A stretch of 64,000 bases of DNA from Vicugna vicugna (lineage: Eukaryota): assembly GCA_013265495.1 (NCBI GenBank), contig MU058418.1, positions 1,452,917 to 1,516,916 of the forward strand. Direction: 5' to 3'. The notes beneath the pieces are model-generated. The model searched no databases, was not told where the DNA came from, and was given only the letters and a program-made list of their open reading frames with translations. This document shows positions 49,210-62,770 of the stretch, piece by piece. How positions within the stretch are numbered: the stretch's first letter is position 1; the number at the start of each line of letters is the position of its first letter. The position numbers and the translations under genes were made by a program.

Positions 49210-51020
49210 AGGGTTTCTGCTTCTGGCTACAAGGATGAGGCTGATATAAGACTATCCTCCTGTCAGGAACAATCACAAAGGCTGTACTTTAAAACACCAC
49301 TGCCTGACAGCATGGAGAAACATCAAGGCACAGAGCAGTGAAGATTATCTCTGAGAGAATGAAATAAAATTTAAATCAAAAGCCCAGATTTTTGTGGAAA
49401 TTGACAAGCAAATTTTAAAATTTACACAGAAAGGCAAAAGGCCAAGAATAGCAAAAACTATCTTAAGGAAGAGAAAACATTTTCTTAACACCACCAAATA
49501 CGAAGATTTATTATAAAGCTACAGTAACTAAAACAGAATGTCTCTCAAGTATAGACAAATAGGTTAATGGTACAAAATAGAGATTCCACACCCAGAAATT
49601 CAGTCATTTTATTTTCAGGAAAGGCACCACTGCAAGGTAATGGGGGGAAGATGGCCAATTGGGTACATATTTGAGAAAAACTGAACCTTGACGCCTACCT
49701 CATACTATATACAAAAATCAATTTCAGCTGAATCACTGATCTAAATGTGAAAGATAAACAGCAAATTGAAAGATAAACAGCAAAGCTTCTAGAAGATAAT
49801 CTAGAATATCTTCATGGACTTGGGGGTAGGCATTCATGTTTTAAACAGGACAGAAAACATCTTAATTATCTTAAAGGAAAATATTGAAAAAATTCAATTC
49901 AAAATATTAAAAAATCATCCACTTGATTGTATTGGATTTCATTAAAAATAAAAAAATTTTTTATTGTGTAAATGGAAATACAGCCCGTGGAGTGGAAGAA
50001 GATAGTTGCTGGGTATATTGTTGACAGTGGACTTGTATCTAGACCCTGTAAAGACTTCCTGTATGTCCATAAGCATACCATACATAGCTCATTTTTTTAA
50101 AAAGGACCAAAGAATTAAACTGCCCTTTACAAAAGAGGATCTCAAAATGCTGAGCAGACATTCAAAAAGATATTCAGTATTATTAGTATCAGGGAAATTA
50201 AATGAAAATGTAATGCAAGTTAAAACCACAACACCACATATAATACAATGACTACAATTTAAATAATTGACAAAGGCAGATGTTGAAGAAGATATGAAGC
50301 ATCTAAAATGCTAGTGGTAAAAAAGGGGTATAAGTTTGAAAAACTGGCATGTCTACCAAAGCTAAAGTGCCCTATGATCAGCAATTCCACCTCTAAGTAT
50401 ATATTAAACAGAAAGATATCTATAGGAATGTTCATCTCAACACTATTTGTAATAAGCAAAAATTGGACACCACTCAAATGTCCATCAACAATAGAGTAGA
50501 TACCAGAGAAAAAAATGTGACAATGAGTGTGTATATGTCCATGAATGACTGAAAAATTGTGCTGAACACTGGAATTTGACACAACACTGTAAAATGATTA
50601 TGAATCAATAAAAAATGTAAAAAAAAAACCAATAGAGTAGATACATAAATCATGGTGCAATCCATTCAATGGAATACTATTCAGCAATGAAAAATAATGC
50701 TACAACATGGGTGAATCTCTAGCCACAGCACTGAGTGAAAGAAGCCAGACCTTAATGGAGTACATATTGTATGATTCTACCTCTATAAAGTTTATAAGCA
50801 TGCAAAACTAATCTATAGTGATAGAAGTCATAGTGGTTACCTTTGCAGATGATAGGAGTATGAGAAAGCTTGGTGTGCAAAAGATGTCCTATATATTGTT
50901 CTAGGTAGTAGCTACATGGGTATATAGCATATATAAAAAAATTCACTGAGCTGTACACTTAAGTTTTATGTACTTTATTGTATACATATCTTCATTCAGT
51001 AACACTTTTTCAAAAATAAG
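49210..51020 (+). mobile_element. Ancient L1M remnant (possible 5'-UTR stub, late ORF2, 3' UTR)
   Basis: gaaattgacaagcaaattttaaaattta...gatttattataaagctacagtaactaaaacag...atgggtgaatctc...ttcactgagctgtacacttaag. Confidence 0.9.
50504..50629 (+). mobile_element. Young L1 3'-terminal insertion nested in the old L1
   Basis: ...gaaaaattgtgctgaacactggaatttgacacaacactgtaaaatgattatgaatcaataaaaaatgtaaaaaaaa; perfect 15-bp TSD caatagagtagatac. Confidence 0.9.
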
Positions 51021-51219
51021 AAAGCAAATTTATTACTGTACTATTGTACAATATTATTATAATAAAATATTATTGTATTGTATTATTGTAAAAGGCTCAT
51101 AAATGGGGCATTCAGAACTGTTCAGTGTGGTCTAATTTATCTTGTAGGTATGGTGGGAACACATACCATGTGAAAGTGAATAGCCTGTAAACTAACCTAG
51201 CTGTTATTAGAACATAGAG

Positions 51220-53230
51220 TTCAGTTCAATATGAGACAAATTTTACTGAGAATTTTCAATGTGCTAGGATGCTATGCTAGATGCTGGGGATACAAAAATT
51301 TGCAGTTTGTACCTCAAAGAACTTACAGTCTAGTGGGTAGACAAGCTAGTAAATGAGTAATTATAACACAGAATGATGAAGGTAATGATGAAGATCCCAC
51401 AGAAGCACCAATCTAGGGTGTTCACCCATTTTGCGATGTAGTCGGCTGTGCTAGAGGTCACACCAGTCATTGCTGAACTCCTTCTCACTGGCCATCCTCT
51501 ATTATGGAGGCTAAGAAATTCTAAATATTCACTCTCTCCACTTTCCTAGCAGTTGGAATGGAAATGTGTCATAGCCATGCCCAATGAGAGATAAACAGAA
51601 TTCTGCTGGAAAGTTATTGGTATAGTTTTTGCTTTCCCTTCTTTTCTTCCTTCCTTGAACATAGATGTGATGAGAGGAGTCATCTTGACACATGAGGCCA
51701 CACATTTAGAGTAGAATACTAACCTAGACAGAATGAAACATAGATGGATCCTGGGTCTCTGATGTCATCACTGAAAAGCTAAACCAACATCAGCAACTGC
51801 TTACCTTCTCACCACTTGTGAAAGATAACCCCCAACTTGCTTAAATTGCTGTCGGCCAGGATTCTGTTCTTTGCAGCTGATGAACACATTTGTAACTGAT
51901 AGTGTGGCAGGTGAGGGCAGGTAGTCAGGGAAGGCCTCTCCTAGAGTTAATGTCTAAGCTGAGTTGCACAGCATGAACAGGTGTAAACTAGGGGAGTGGT
52001 AGTGGTAAAGGGAAGGTTCTCCAAGTAGAGTGGAGCACAAGAAGAGGTGAAAGAGGAATAACATTTGTAGAGAATTACAAATATTTAGTTTGGCTAAAGC
52101 ACTGAGTGGGAATTGGGAAAAGCTGAGGCTTGAGCAATAGGCCAAGGTCCACCTATGAAGATGATTGTAAGCCCCATTAAAGAAGTTGGACTCTATCCTA
52201 AGTTTCAGTAGGGAGCCACAAAATGCTTATTAATTAGAGGGTGATATGATAAGATTTATATTTTAGAAAGATTATTCTGGAGTGTGGAGAGTGGTTTACA
52301 GAGAGCAAGCACAAAGGCAGAAAGAGCAGGTAGAAATGTATTTCAGTGGTACAGCTGAGGGACAATAGTACTTCCTAGGTGTCCGGTGTCATTTTAAATG
52401 CTATACTTGTATGATGGCAAAGGGGGTAGGAACAGTTGTATTGCCTCGAGAGTTATTAAGGAAATCAAATATGGAGTATTTGATGATTAAGGAGTAAGGG
52501 AGAAAGAGAAGTCATAATAACTTCATGTTTGAGGCTTGGTTGTGAATGGATGGTGACACCCTCCACTGGGTTAAGGAACATGGTACAGAAGCATGTTTTG
52601 GTAGAGCGGGTTAAATAATTAGGATTTGGACACATTGATTTTGAACTGCTATTGGGACTTCCTATTGGAGATGTAGGTCTGAGGACAAGGAGAGAAATCA
52701 AAGCAGATACAGATCTGGAATTACCAACTGGATGGGACATGCGTATTATGCACCTTCTCAGATTCTCTTGGCACCACTGCCTCTTGGACCCTCAACCACT
52801 TGTTCTGCTCCAAATGGAGTCATCACCAATTGACTGAATCTGCTTGCACTTGGGCAGTTATGCCAGACCTTCCTCCTTGGCTGCCACCTCACAGTCATGT
52901 CAAATGGCAACATATTGTAGATTCTTGCTCCTCCCACCATTTTCAGACTTGGATGAAATGCCTTACCATAGCTCATGGGTCTTGGCATTCCAAATGAAGT
53001 ACTGAGTGGGGGAAACAAGGTGATGATAATGAACAGGAGGTTGGTGTGGGTACAGCAAAGTTAGCAGTCATGGGATCAGGGAGAGAGAAAACACTGCATC
53101 CTTTTAGAGTAAATTTTAACAAAAGGTACACAATTATTATGTCAAGGAAAGAAGAAGCCATTACAGGTGTGAAGAAAAGGCTAATATGGGTGAAGTCAGG
53201 GAAGCTCTGAAGCCAGCCCAATGTATGGAA
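51220..53230 (-). mobile_element. L2 LINE remnant interrupted by LTR fragments
   Basis: aatgtgctaggatgctatgctagatgctggggatacaaa...ttagaaagattattctgg...tttggacacattgattttga. Confidence 0.8.
51437..51902 (+). mobile_element. Old MaLR LTR (MLT1-like) nested in L2
   Basis: gcccaatgagagataaacagaattctgctgg...ttcttccttccttgaacatagatgtgatg...ttgcagctga...taactgata. Confidence 0.65.
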
Positions 53231-53593
53231 AATTAAACAGGAAGCAAGTTATATTACCCTTATGACTCTGGGCTTTATCTTGTGTAACTTCATCCAAAAT
53301 TTTTGTCCTTGTGATTTGTAGATATTTTGGGAAATGGAATAATCTTTTATTTTCTGTTAGTCAATAACTGATACATTTCACTTTTTTGATTTTGCTGTTA
53401 TTGCTTACAAAGTGCCACAACAGCTATCACTACAATTTGGTACTCTACACTGATAGCAAGTATTAACAAGCAACTATACATAAGTTTGTGAGTGTGGATG
53501 TAATTGTATGTGATGGTGTGTGTGAGAGAGAGAAAGTGAGAATGAGAGACAGGGAGACGGAGAGAGAGAGACCCATATGATGAGTAGTGAGGG

Positions 53594-54182
53594 TATAGTG
53601 GGTTTAAAACATGTCTGAAAATTCTGTGATGCTTCTCCCAATGAGAAGTAGGGCAAATATTCCCTCCCCTTGAATCTGGGTCTTAATGAGTCATTGACCA
53701 GTTTCAGTGCCTGGTTGGCCAATAGAGTAAAGCTGGAATTACTCTCTGTGTCTTCTGGTGCTAAGTTACAAAAGGCAATATAGCATCTGCCTGGTTCTCT
53801 TGGGATTCTTGCCTTCAGAGCCCTGAGCTGCCATGTGAGAAGTACAGGTCATTAGCTGTGAAGAAATCCCTGTTACAGTGAGAGCCCAGGTGTAGGTGTT
53901 CTGGCTAATAGGCCCAGTTGAGGTCCCAGCCAACAGTTGCCATCAACCACCAGACAGATAAGTGAAGATGCCTCCAGATGATTCCTGTCCCCAGTCCTGA
54001 GTTCCTCTGCTTCCAAACCTTCCCAGCTGAGACTCTGACATTTTGAAGCAGAGAAAAGCTCTTCTGACCTAGCCTTTTCCAAATTCCTGACCCATAGAAT
54101 CTTTGAACATAATATGATGTAAGTTATCTTTTACTGCTGAATTTTGGGCTAGTTTGTTATACAAAAATAGATACTTGAGACA
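53594..54182 (+). mobile_element. MaLR solo LTR (MLT1F/G/H-like)
   Basis: ttccctccccttgaatctggg...agccctgagctgccatgtgagaagt...agtttgttatacaaaaatagatacttgagaca. Confidence 0.85.
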
Positions 54183-56787
54183 GTTAGTCATGATGCACTT
54201 TGATTAGTCACCACTCTTACCATGAATAAACAGGGGCTTTTATGTTTCAAATATATGTCTGTTTAGCTTCCAATAGTTTTATTTACTCCAGATGGGGAAA
54301 GTGATATAAATTTAGTAAATTCTGCATATCAGAGGCTCCCAAATACAATGTTCCTCCCAGGTTTTCCACCTAATGGAGCCAAATGTGTGTGCATTTGTAT
54401 TGTATGGTTTATATAAACATTACTTATGAGACTGAAGTAGGAGCACATATCTTCATACTCAATTATCAGGTAAGTGTTCTGCAATTTGATTTAGGCTCAG
54501 AGGTTGTTTGTGTAGTCTAGTATGAGGCCTGTGTTGAGGGGGGCTAACACACTAGTTCACTTGAAGGCAGAACAGAAATGACTAGAAAAATGAATATAGG
54601 GGAGCTGGTGTTGGAGTCAGGAGGCAGAAGGCAGGCAGAAGAACGTTCTAGTAGTCTGGTTAGAAATGCCCAGATTTTCTGCTGAGATAAGGTAAAAAAC
54701 TTAAACTAGATCTCGGAGTGAAATGTCCCTGTGGCCTGAGATAAGACACATTTGTAAAACAATGTCTTTAAAAGCTTGAAAATAAAAGATAGGCAAAAAT
54801 CTTACAAAGCAAAGGCGAATAACAAAAACATAGAAACTGGCATTCCTAAAATTAAACAAGGTTGAATTTAAGGCAAGAAGTATTGAGAAAGGCAAAGCAT
54901 GAAGTTTTAGAATGATAAAGGTGAAAATCACAACAAATACCTAGTAATTATAAATAGATCTATAGTAAATAATATAGCAACATATTTATGAAGCAAAGGC
55001 TACATATACATACAAAGAGAAATAGAAAAATATTAATGGCAGAAGGAAGATTTTAATTCATTTATCTGAGCACAGACAGGTACATAAAAATAATATTAAA
55101 GACCTAAATAACAATTAATAAGCTAAATCTCATGAATAATATTCAAATACTGTATCAAAATGTATTTTCTTTAAGGTATTCATGCAATAGTCACAAAATG
55201 TGACTATATTAGATTAAAAGATACTTCATTGACTTGCAAAATGTAGAAATAGTGCAGATTCTCTGACAGTATTTCAATAAAACTGGAAATTGATTTTTAA
55301 ATAATTACAAATCTAAAATTACATTTGGAGAATTTAAGCTCTCCATTAACTCTTTGATCAAAGAGGAAATTAGGAAGTAGAGAAAAATCTACAAAGTAAT
55401 AGTAACACATGTGTTACATGTCAGAACCTATGGTATACAAGTAAAACAGTGCTCAGAAAGAAATTCCAATTCCTAAATATTTATATCAATAAACAAAAAA
55501 GAACAAAAATAAATCATGAATCAGGTTCTGGAAGTCAGTGAAAGAACAATAAAACTAAGTCAAGCAGATGAAAAGAATATTAAAGATAAAAGCTTAACTT
55601 ACTACATTAGAAAATAGAAAAATAGTAATGCTAACAAATAAGTCAGTTCAAGATCTGGTTCTTTAGAGGGGAAATAATAATATACAGAGATGTTAGGTAA
55701 CCTAATCCATAAAGAAGGAGAAAACACAAATATACAAAATTTTTAAAATGAAATTGAATTATAAATGGTTGCTTTGCTTAATTATGCAAATAAATGGCTA
55801 AATGGATGTTTTCTTTGGAAGTATATATTGCCAAAATTGGTCAGAAGTCAGAACACAAAGGGAAGTCTAAACAGGCCAATTAACATAAATGAATTAGAAA
55901 ATGTTATTAATGACCTAACCCCCAAATAGCAATGGGCCTATATAATTTCTCAAGCAAATTCTATAAAATTTTTAAGAAACCAGCAATTTCAATGCTATTA
56001 AACTATTCTAGAATAGAGGAAAAGAATCAAAGATGCATTTTTTTTATGAAACCTATGTAAGATTGATGTTAAAACCCAACAAAAATAGCACCAAAAATAA
56101 ATAAAATCAAAGCCTAATCTCACCTATAAATATGATGTAAAAACCCAGAATAAAAGAAACAATTCTATTAAAGCCAGGAATAGATAACAATATATATTGT
56201 TACTATTATTATTTCACAATATGTTGGAAACACTAGCCAACATAATTAAAGAGAAAAAAAAATACAGGTATAAAACTCAGAAGTAGGAGGTAAAATTCTT
56301 CTTTGAAGCATTGTTTAGATTGTTTTCTGAAAAATCCAAAAGATTCAACTAAAAATCTATTCTAAATGATAATAAAATTTATTTAGGAAGCTTGGTACAG
56401 AGTTAACATTAGGAAATTCTACATAATCTAATTATGTAGAAACAATAACCAGTTAAAAATGTTATGGAAAAAAGACCTCATGTAAAATAGGAACAAAAAG
56501 ATAAACTGTTCAGAACAAATTTAAAAGGAAATTGTACAAGGACTATGTAGAGAAAACTTTAAATGCAAATGAAGACTTTATAAAAAGGGAAGACATATTC
56601 TTGAATAGAAACATTCAGCATTGTAAAGATGTCAGTTTGCCCCAAGTTCATCTATAAATGTAAAACAATGATAATAAAACTACTATCAGAATATTATTTT
56701 ATAATTAGATAAGCTGATTATATAGTTTACTAGAAAACAAATAATAAGTAACCAGAAAAAAATCTGAAAAAGATAGATATCAGGATG

Positions 56788-57210
56788 GATCCATTTTCTG
56801 TTGCCACGTAACAAATTACCACAGATTTAGTGGCATAAAGCAGCACCTACTTATTAACTCACCATTCTGTAGGTCAGAAGTCCAGGCACAGCCTGACAGG
56901 GTTCTCAGCTCAGGGTCTAACAAGACCCCATTTCCTTTCTGGCTGTCAGCCAGGAGATTTTAGCTCCTAGAAGCCTCCCATATTCCTGGCCATCCAGCCC
57001 CTTCCATCTTCAAAACCTTGTCCATGGTGAGTAGAAATGGTAGAGAAAGAGAGAAGATAAGAGGGTAACATGGCTTTCCCTCACATTCCATTGGTCAGAA
57101 CTCAGTCGTATGTCCATGCCTAACTCAAGGGAAGAGAGGAAAGGTAGTCTAGCTATGTACCCAAGAGAAGAGGAAATAGATTTGGTTAACAAATAGTAGT
57201 CTCTTCCATA
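56788..57210 (-). mobile_element. MLT1 LTR fragment(s) nested in L1
   Basis: gtaacaaattaccacagatttagtggc...ttctgtaggtcagaagtccagg; cacattccattggtcagaactcagtc. Confidence 0.75.
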
Positions 57211-58155
57211 ATCCCTAATTCACACCTTACACTAAAATTAATTATACAGGGATGAAAGAGTAAAATATTAAAAAGGAGGGAAGAAAGGGAAGAAGGAAGG
57301 AAAGAAGATGGAAACATGGGAAATTTTTTTTTAATTTTAAAAAATATTTTAAAAATAATTTTCAGAAATGTTTTTATAATTATTTTTTAAAATCTCAGAA
57401 TGAAGAAGGCCTTTCTAAATATAACCTAAAATATAGAAACTATACAGGAACAAGAATGGTAAATCTAACTAATTTTAAAATTTAAAAAATTCTTCCTGAT
57501 AAACCCAAAGGAAAACACCATAAAGGAAAATAAAGACAAGTCAAATTCTAATTGGGAAAAATCTAGCACATTGATATCTCAACCAAACTGTAAATTTCTT
57601 AAAGTATAAGAACTCTTACAATTGTAAAAGAGCAAAAACACCCAGTAGAATAATGAGCAAAAAATAGTTCACAGAAAAGGAATAAAATGGTTCTTAAAAG
57701 TATGAAAAGATTCTTGACTTCATTTATATAATAAGATAAAAGCAATGCTGCATTTAAACCTACCAGACCAGCAAAGATGAAGAGATTGATAACACGTTAT
57801 GTTGGCAAGGGTGTTGAAGTCATGCTGATTGGGGTATAAATTGGTCTAACCTATGTGGAGAGCAATTCAGCAGTAAAATTTAGCATCCTTACGTACCCTT
57901 TGATCCAGTAATTCCACTTCTAGGACTTTATCTATAGGAATTTATAACACAGACATACTTGTACATAAGAGAAAAGACAGTAAATATACAAAAGTACAAT
58001 AGTCATGGCAAAAGATTGGAAGATCTTAAATGTTCATCAATGTGGAAATACAGTGGAGTGCCACAGAGCCATAACAGGTATGAGGCATAATATGTATTGT
58101 CATGGAATGCTAGTCAAGATACACTCTTAAGCAACATAAAGATATTATTATATGG

Positions 58156-58540
58156 TGTTAAAAAAACAAAATTCATCCGAGTAAATTTTAAAGATTTTAT
58201 CTTTATTCAACAATTCATGAATCAGGCATCATCCAATCTAGCAGATAAAAAGGAGTTCTAAGGAGCTGTACAGAATGGAAGATTTTATAGGCAGAAGGGA
58301 GCAGGAACCAGGATGTTATACTAGCAAAAATCAGATTGGTTATGTCAAGGTCAGTTTTCTTTAGGGGATGGCAGGAGTCTCTCAAGCGATTACCTCACTA
58401 GTGCCAATCAAGTGACTCCTGACTGACTATTTTAAGATTCCATTTCTGGGAGAGGCTGAAATTGTAATTAAGTCTCAGTTTGGTGACGTATAGCTTAGCG
58501 TAAGTGACTCCATTTGGGGCCTGTTGTCTTGTTTTTAACA
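58156..58540 (-). mobile_element. ERV1-class solo LTR (MER57/MER93/MER95-like)
   Basis: TGTTAAAAA...TTTTTAACA termini; 4-bp TSD atgg/attg; minus-strand AATAAA near 58205. Confidence 0.75.
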
Positions 58541-58754
58541 ATTGTATGAAAAAGTAGATTAGAGGTTGACTTCTGGGAAAGGAATGAGAATTTAGAAGGT
58601 AAACAGGTGGCTGGAGGAAAAGGATGCAAAAGAAACTTTCCTCTTACAATACACCCACCTTTTCCATTTTGTGTTGTTTGAATTTTGTACAGTGTATATA
58701 TAATGCCCACTGGAAAAAAGTAAATAATATGCATTTTTAAATTTTGGAAGCAAA

Positions 58755-59130
58755 TGTATCATTTGGGTCCTCTGAGGAAAAAAAATCCCAAGATGAGATT
58801 AGGCACACAAGTAGTTTATTGGAGAAAAGCCAGAGACAACAAGGAAAATCCTCAGATGGTGGTGAAGGTCTGACCCCTGAGAAGAAGAGAGAGAAGGAAG
58901 GAAGGAAGGAAGTTCTGACAAGGCCAGTGGGAGTCCTTGAGCCAAAACCACCAGTGAGAAGACTCTCACCTCCCACAGGAATGGGTGTGCCTGAGTCTCC
59001 CTGCCCCACTTAGTCATTGGCTGGGAGCAGCACCTGGAAAGGCAGCCTCAGGACTGTTGGTGGACTCAGCGCAGCAGCTGGGAATCTGGATCAGTTGCAC
59101 TCCCATCAACAGATCTCGTGGCTGCAGCAA
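58755..59130 (-). mobile_element. ERVL LTR16-family solo LTR
   Basis: tgtatcatttgggtcctctgagg...aggtctgacccctg...cttagtcattggctgggagcagc. Confidence 0.75.
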
Positions 59131-59261
59131 CTCTAAAATCTGTTCTGACCATCCCTTTACTGAAGTTTGCATGTACTTCTTTTATATGATGATTTACTGT
59201 GATTTTATACTTGTAATGATTTGGACTTTACTGTTTTTAAATACTAACATCAAAAAAAATT

Positions 59262-59530
59262 ATTCACTCACTCATGCATTCATTCACCCAACCAGTATTT
59301 ATTAAATACTTGCTATATACTACGCATTGAGCTAAGCGCTGGGAACCCAAAGATGAGTGAAACAGATGTGGGTCCCAGACTTGTGGATCTATAACCTGCT
59401 GGTGTGAACCAAATGGTCAGAAAGCATATAATAACAAACCCTGATAAGTGCTGTTGAGGAAAAGTGTAGAGAGTCGTGCATGCATCTAACACCAGTCTGG
59501 GAGTTTGGAAAAGGTTCCCCCAGAGAAGTG
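59262..59530 (-). mobile_element. L2 3' end
   Basis: attcactcactcatgcattcattcacc...tatttattaaatacttgctat...ctaagcgctggga. Confidence 0.8.
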
Positions 59531-59649
59531 AAACACTAGAAACATATGCTCATCGAGAAAACAGAGAGTTCAGAAGCATTTAAATAACAAAATGAAAATC
59601 ACCTATAATTCTAAAACCCAGGGATAACTTAACTAGCAATTTTCTCCAT

Positions 59650-59953
59650 CTTTACTGTCCAACAGATATAGAATGTGACAACAGATGTCATTTTAAATTT
59701 TCTAGAAGCCGTGTAAAAAAGTAAAAAGAAACAGGTGAAATTAACTTTAATAATACTGTTTATTTAACCCAGTATGTCTAAAATATTGTCATTCAATATA
59801 TAATCAATATGAAAATTATTAACAAAGCCCTTTATTTTTTCTTACAAAGTCTTTGAAAACCCACATGTATTTCACATCTCACTTTGGACAGCCACGTTTC
59901 AAGTACTCAGTGGGTATATGTGGCTGGGGCTACTGTATTAGATAGCACAGCTG
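59650..59953. mobile_element. MER33 hAT-Charlie MITE
   Basis: aaagtaaaaagaaacaggtgaaattaactttaataat...agccacgtttcaagtactcagt...tgtggctggggctactgtattagatagcacag. Confidence 0.85.
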
Positions 59954-60019
59954 TATACACGTACACAGGTACATAGACATGTATGTACATGTATGCACAC
60001 ACATACCATCACACTCGAG

Positions 60020-60570
60020 GTATTAATGCATGTTCAGTTTTATGCCTTATCTTTTCAGATAGCATTCTATCATATGCATTTTCCCATGATAGTAAACACT
60101 TTAAAAAAATCATCTTAATGGACAACATACTGTTATACAGATCTACTATTACTTATTGAACCATTTACATATTATTAGGTATTTAGGTGATTATCAACTT
60201 TTCAGGATGTAAATCATGCTGGCTGCAATGAACGTTTAACAAACACACCTCTTCTTCTGCATCACAGCTTGTCACTTATAGTCTTGTTGGTGTTGCTGGA
60301 GAATGAAGATTTTTAAGACTCTTGAGACATTTTATAAAATTACTTTGAGAGAGGCTTGTACTCATTGCATGGCCAGAAGCCCTGACAGTGCATGTCTCAC
60401 TGTGACCCTGGCAATGATAACCATGGTAATTTCTTCTAAATCTGTTAATTTGATTTGCCAAATTTGGCATTTCCTTGTTTTCACAAGCAAGTCTTTGAAT
60501 TCCAGAGAGGCTGAGCATTCTTCATCTTTCTCTTCATTAGCCAACTCATTTCTAGTTTTCAGTGACTAAT
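60020..60570 (-). mobile_element. Very old L1ME-like fragment
   Basis: ttattaggtatttaggtgattatcaactttt...gaggctgagcattcttcat. Confidence 0.5.
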
Positions 60571-62689
60571 TTTCTTCCATAAAAGTGAATCCATGGGGCC
60601 TCTTACATTGCATGGGATAGGATCAGGCTTGACATTTATGTTTATTTTTATAAGCTAACATAGTTTGATGGCAGATTTCACCAACATGGTTGAGCTTTAC
60701 TAATTGGGCAACATTGGGCTGGGTATTAGAGGAGATACAGTGAGACATGTTTGAACTCTTACCAAATGCTCAGGCTTGTGAAGGAGAAAGGCAGGTGCAC
60801 GTGCAGACTGCTGACCCATCAGGCTGTGTGCACAGGTGGGATGGAGGTTCAGAGGGCCCACGAGAGCACAGAATGGGGCTGGTTAACTTACTCCAGATGA
60901 ATAAGGCCTCCTGGAGGAAGTTGGTTTTGAGACAGGCCTTGAGGAATAAGTAGGATCCCATCAAGTGGAGCAGGGTGGGGGGTGCACCCGGGCTGAGGGA
61001 TGGGCAGAGACAGTGGAGGTGTGGAAACACTCCTGGGATTTCAAAGAAAACTCTGATGAGTCTGATAAAACATCAGTAGTGGGAGATGAAGTGGGAAGGG
61101 CTGCTGGGCTCAGGTTCCAGCAGAATTTAAATACCCTGCTAAGGCTTTATTTTATACATTTTGAAGATGGATAGTGGTGTTAAGCAGTTCTTTTTTCATA
61201 TGAGGGAAAAAAATCTGAATTCACAGAGCTAACTTTTCAAGGTAAAGGGTCTAAAAAGAGGAAAGATTGTATGTTCTCAGGTCTTCTGCATTCATTTCAT
61301 GTTGGCAGGCACCCACAAGGTCAACGGAAGATGCAGAATGGTAAAGCAACGTGAAACTATAATCAACTAAGGTCTGATTCAGATAGAAGAAATTAACTTG
61401 AAATTCTGTTTCTTTACAACACTTTCATCTACAGAGTCTTTGCAAATTGGTTTCAACTAATGGTTTCCTGTGTCATAAACTAATGTGGCCACTGAGACAA
61501 TGGACCGTCCCGATGAAGTCCATCTCATAAATGATCAGATCTTTCCACCTCAAAAGTAACTAGAATTGAAAAGGAGGTGACTTCAGCTCCCTTGTGGGTA
61601 TATGCCCAGAGAGCAGTGCTCCTGACAGGCTGCACCCTGCCTAGGGCTTCCAGCCTCCAGGCACATCTGAACACTGCCCAGCTAGACTGGAGGGACTGTC
61701 TCCCTGAAGTCAGCTGGCAAGAAGAGACTGGCTTTGGTTTCTCAGAAACGCACCCAGTGAGTCCAGGTGCATGCCGTAGAGTGGTCAGACATTCAAGACA
61801 GTATCACAAAAGAAGGCTCCTGTGGTGACAGAGGCTTGCCTGTCATGGCCACTGCTCTGTAGAGTTTTAATTTGAGCCAGGTTCTACCTCCTCTTCAGTC
61901 TCTTCCCCACTTCTCCCAGCTCCATACCCCCTTCACCTCCACCCCCTCCACCAACCCTGACAACCCGTCTACTCCAGGGTCTTGTGCTATGGAGGAACAT
62001 GAATTTGGCACCCTTTAGGATAGGCCAACCCCTGGCTACCTCTGATTCAGGAAGGCTGCCTGTAACACTCAGGACTTCCTGTTATCTTTGTTATCCTAAA
62101 GCCTAAGCAACAATCTCTGAGCCCTACCCACCTCTGGGGAAGGAAGAGGGGACAAGGCATCCAACTAGATCTCTAGTCTGAGGAGGAGAAGCCCCTAGAA
62201 GCAAGGAGATCCTCCTTCCAGTAGACAAGGAAGCCCTTTTCTTAGTGGGTATCTTTTTCAGAACCCAGGTGTTGGTAAGATTAAAAAGGTATTCTACTTG
62301 CTAATTCAAACGGAATACAGAAAACCTGCCCCAGCAGTGGGTTCTACACTTTTGCTGAGGTGGTTTTTACAAATGCTAATGAACCACTCCATTTGGCATC
62401 TTGGACAGACACAGTCCTCACGCGATTTGACACTTGCTAATGATTGAAACTCCCTTTGGCTCCAGAAAGAGTGGGGGCCAGACATACAGTGCTGGCTGAT
62501 TAGAAACTCATTGGGCAGCCTTCCCCAAAAGGGCCTGGGGCTGGGGTAGTTCTCCACCTGTATTCGTTCTCATTCTGGGGTGCAGAGTGAGTGCAATGGA
62601 AGGAAGGTGAGAAGGGGGTGCATTTTCTTGATTTTCTTCTGACTCTCCATCTAGCATTCTCTGCACAAGAAGGGCAAGAGGATTCCCTT

Positions 62690-62695
62690 TCTCTG

Positions 62696-62765
<70 letters not shown>

Positions 62766-62770
62766 ACACT
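62690..62770. repeat. Compound (CT)n(CA)n microsatellite
   Basis: Direct dinucleotide runs. Confidence 0.97.

Larger units (their letters stand above)
54740..58745 (+). mobile_element. Highly decayed ancient L1 (endonuclease-RT ORF2 to 3' UTR) interrupted by LTRs
   Basis: A-rich strand; cagaacctatggtatacaagtaaaacagtgctcagaaagaaatt; cattgtaaagatgtcagtttgccccaagttcatctataaa; cccttgatccagtaattccacttctagga-like. Confidence 0.85.

Noticed and set aside
57325..57395. AT-rich inverted repeat
   Set aside because: Low-complexity A/T runs inside a decayed L1.
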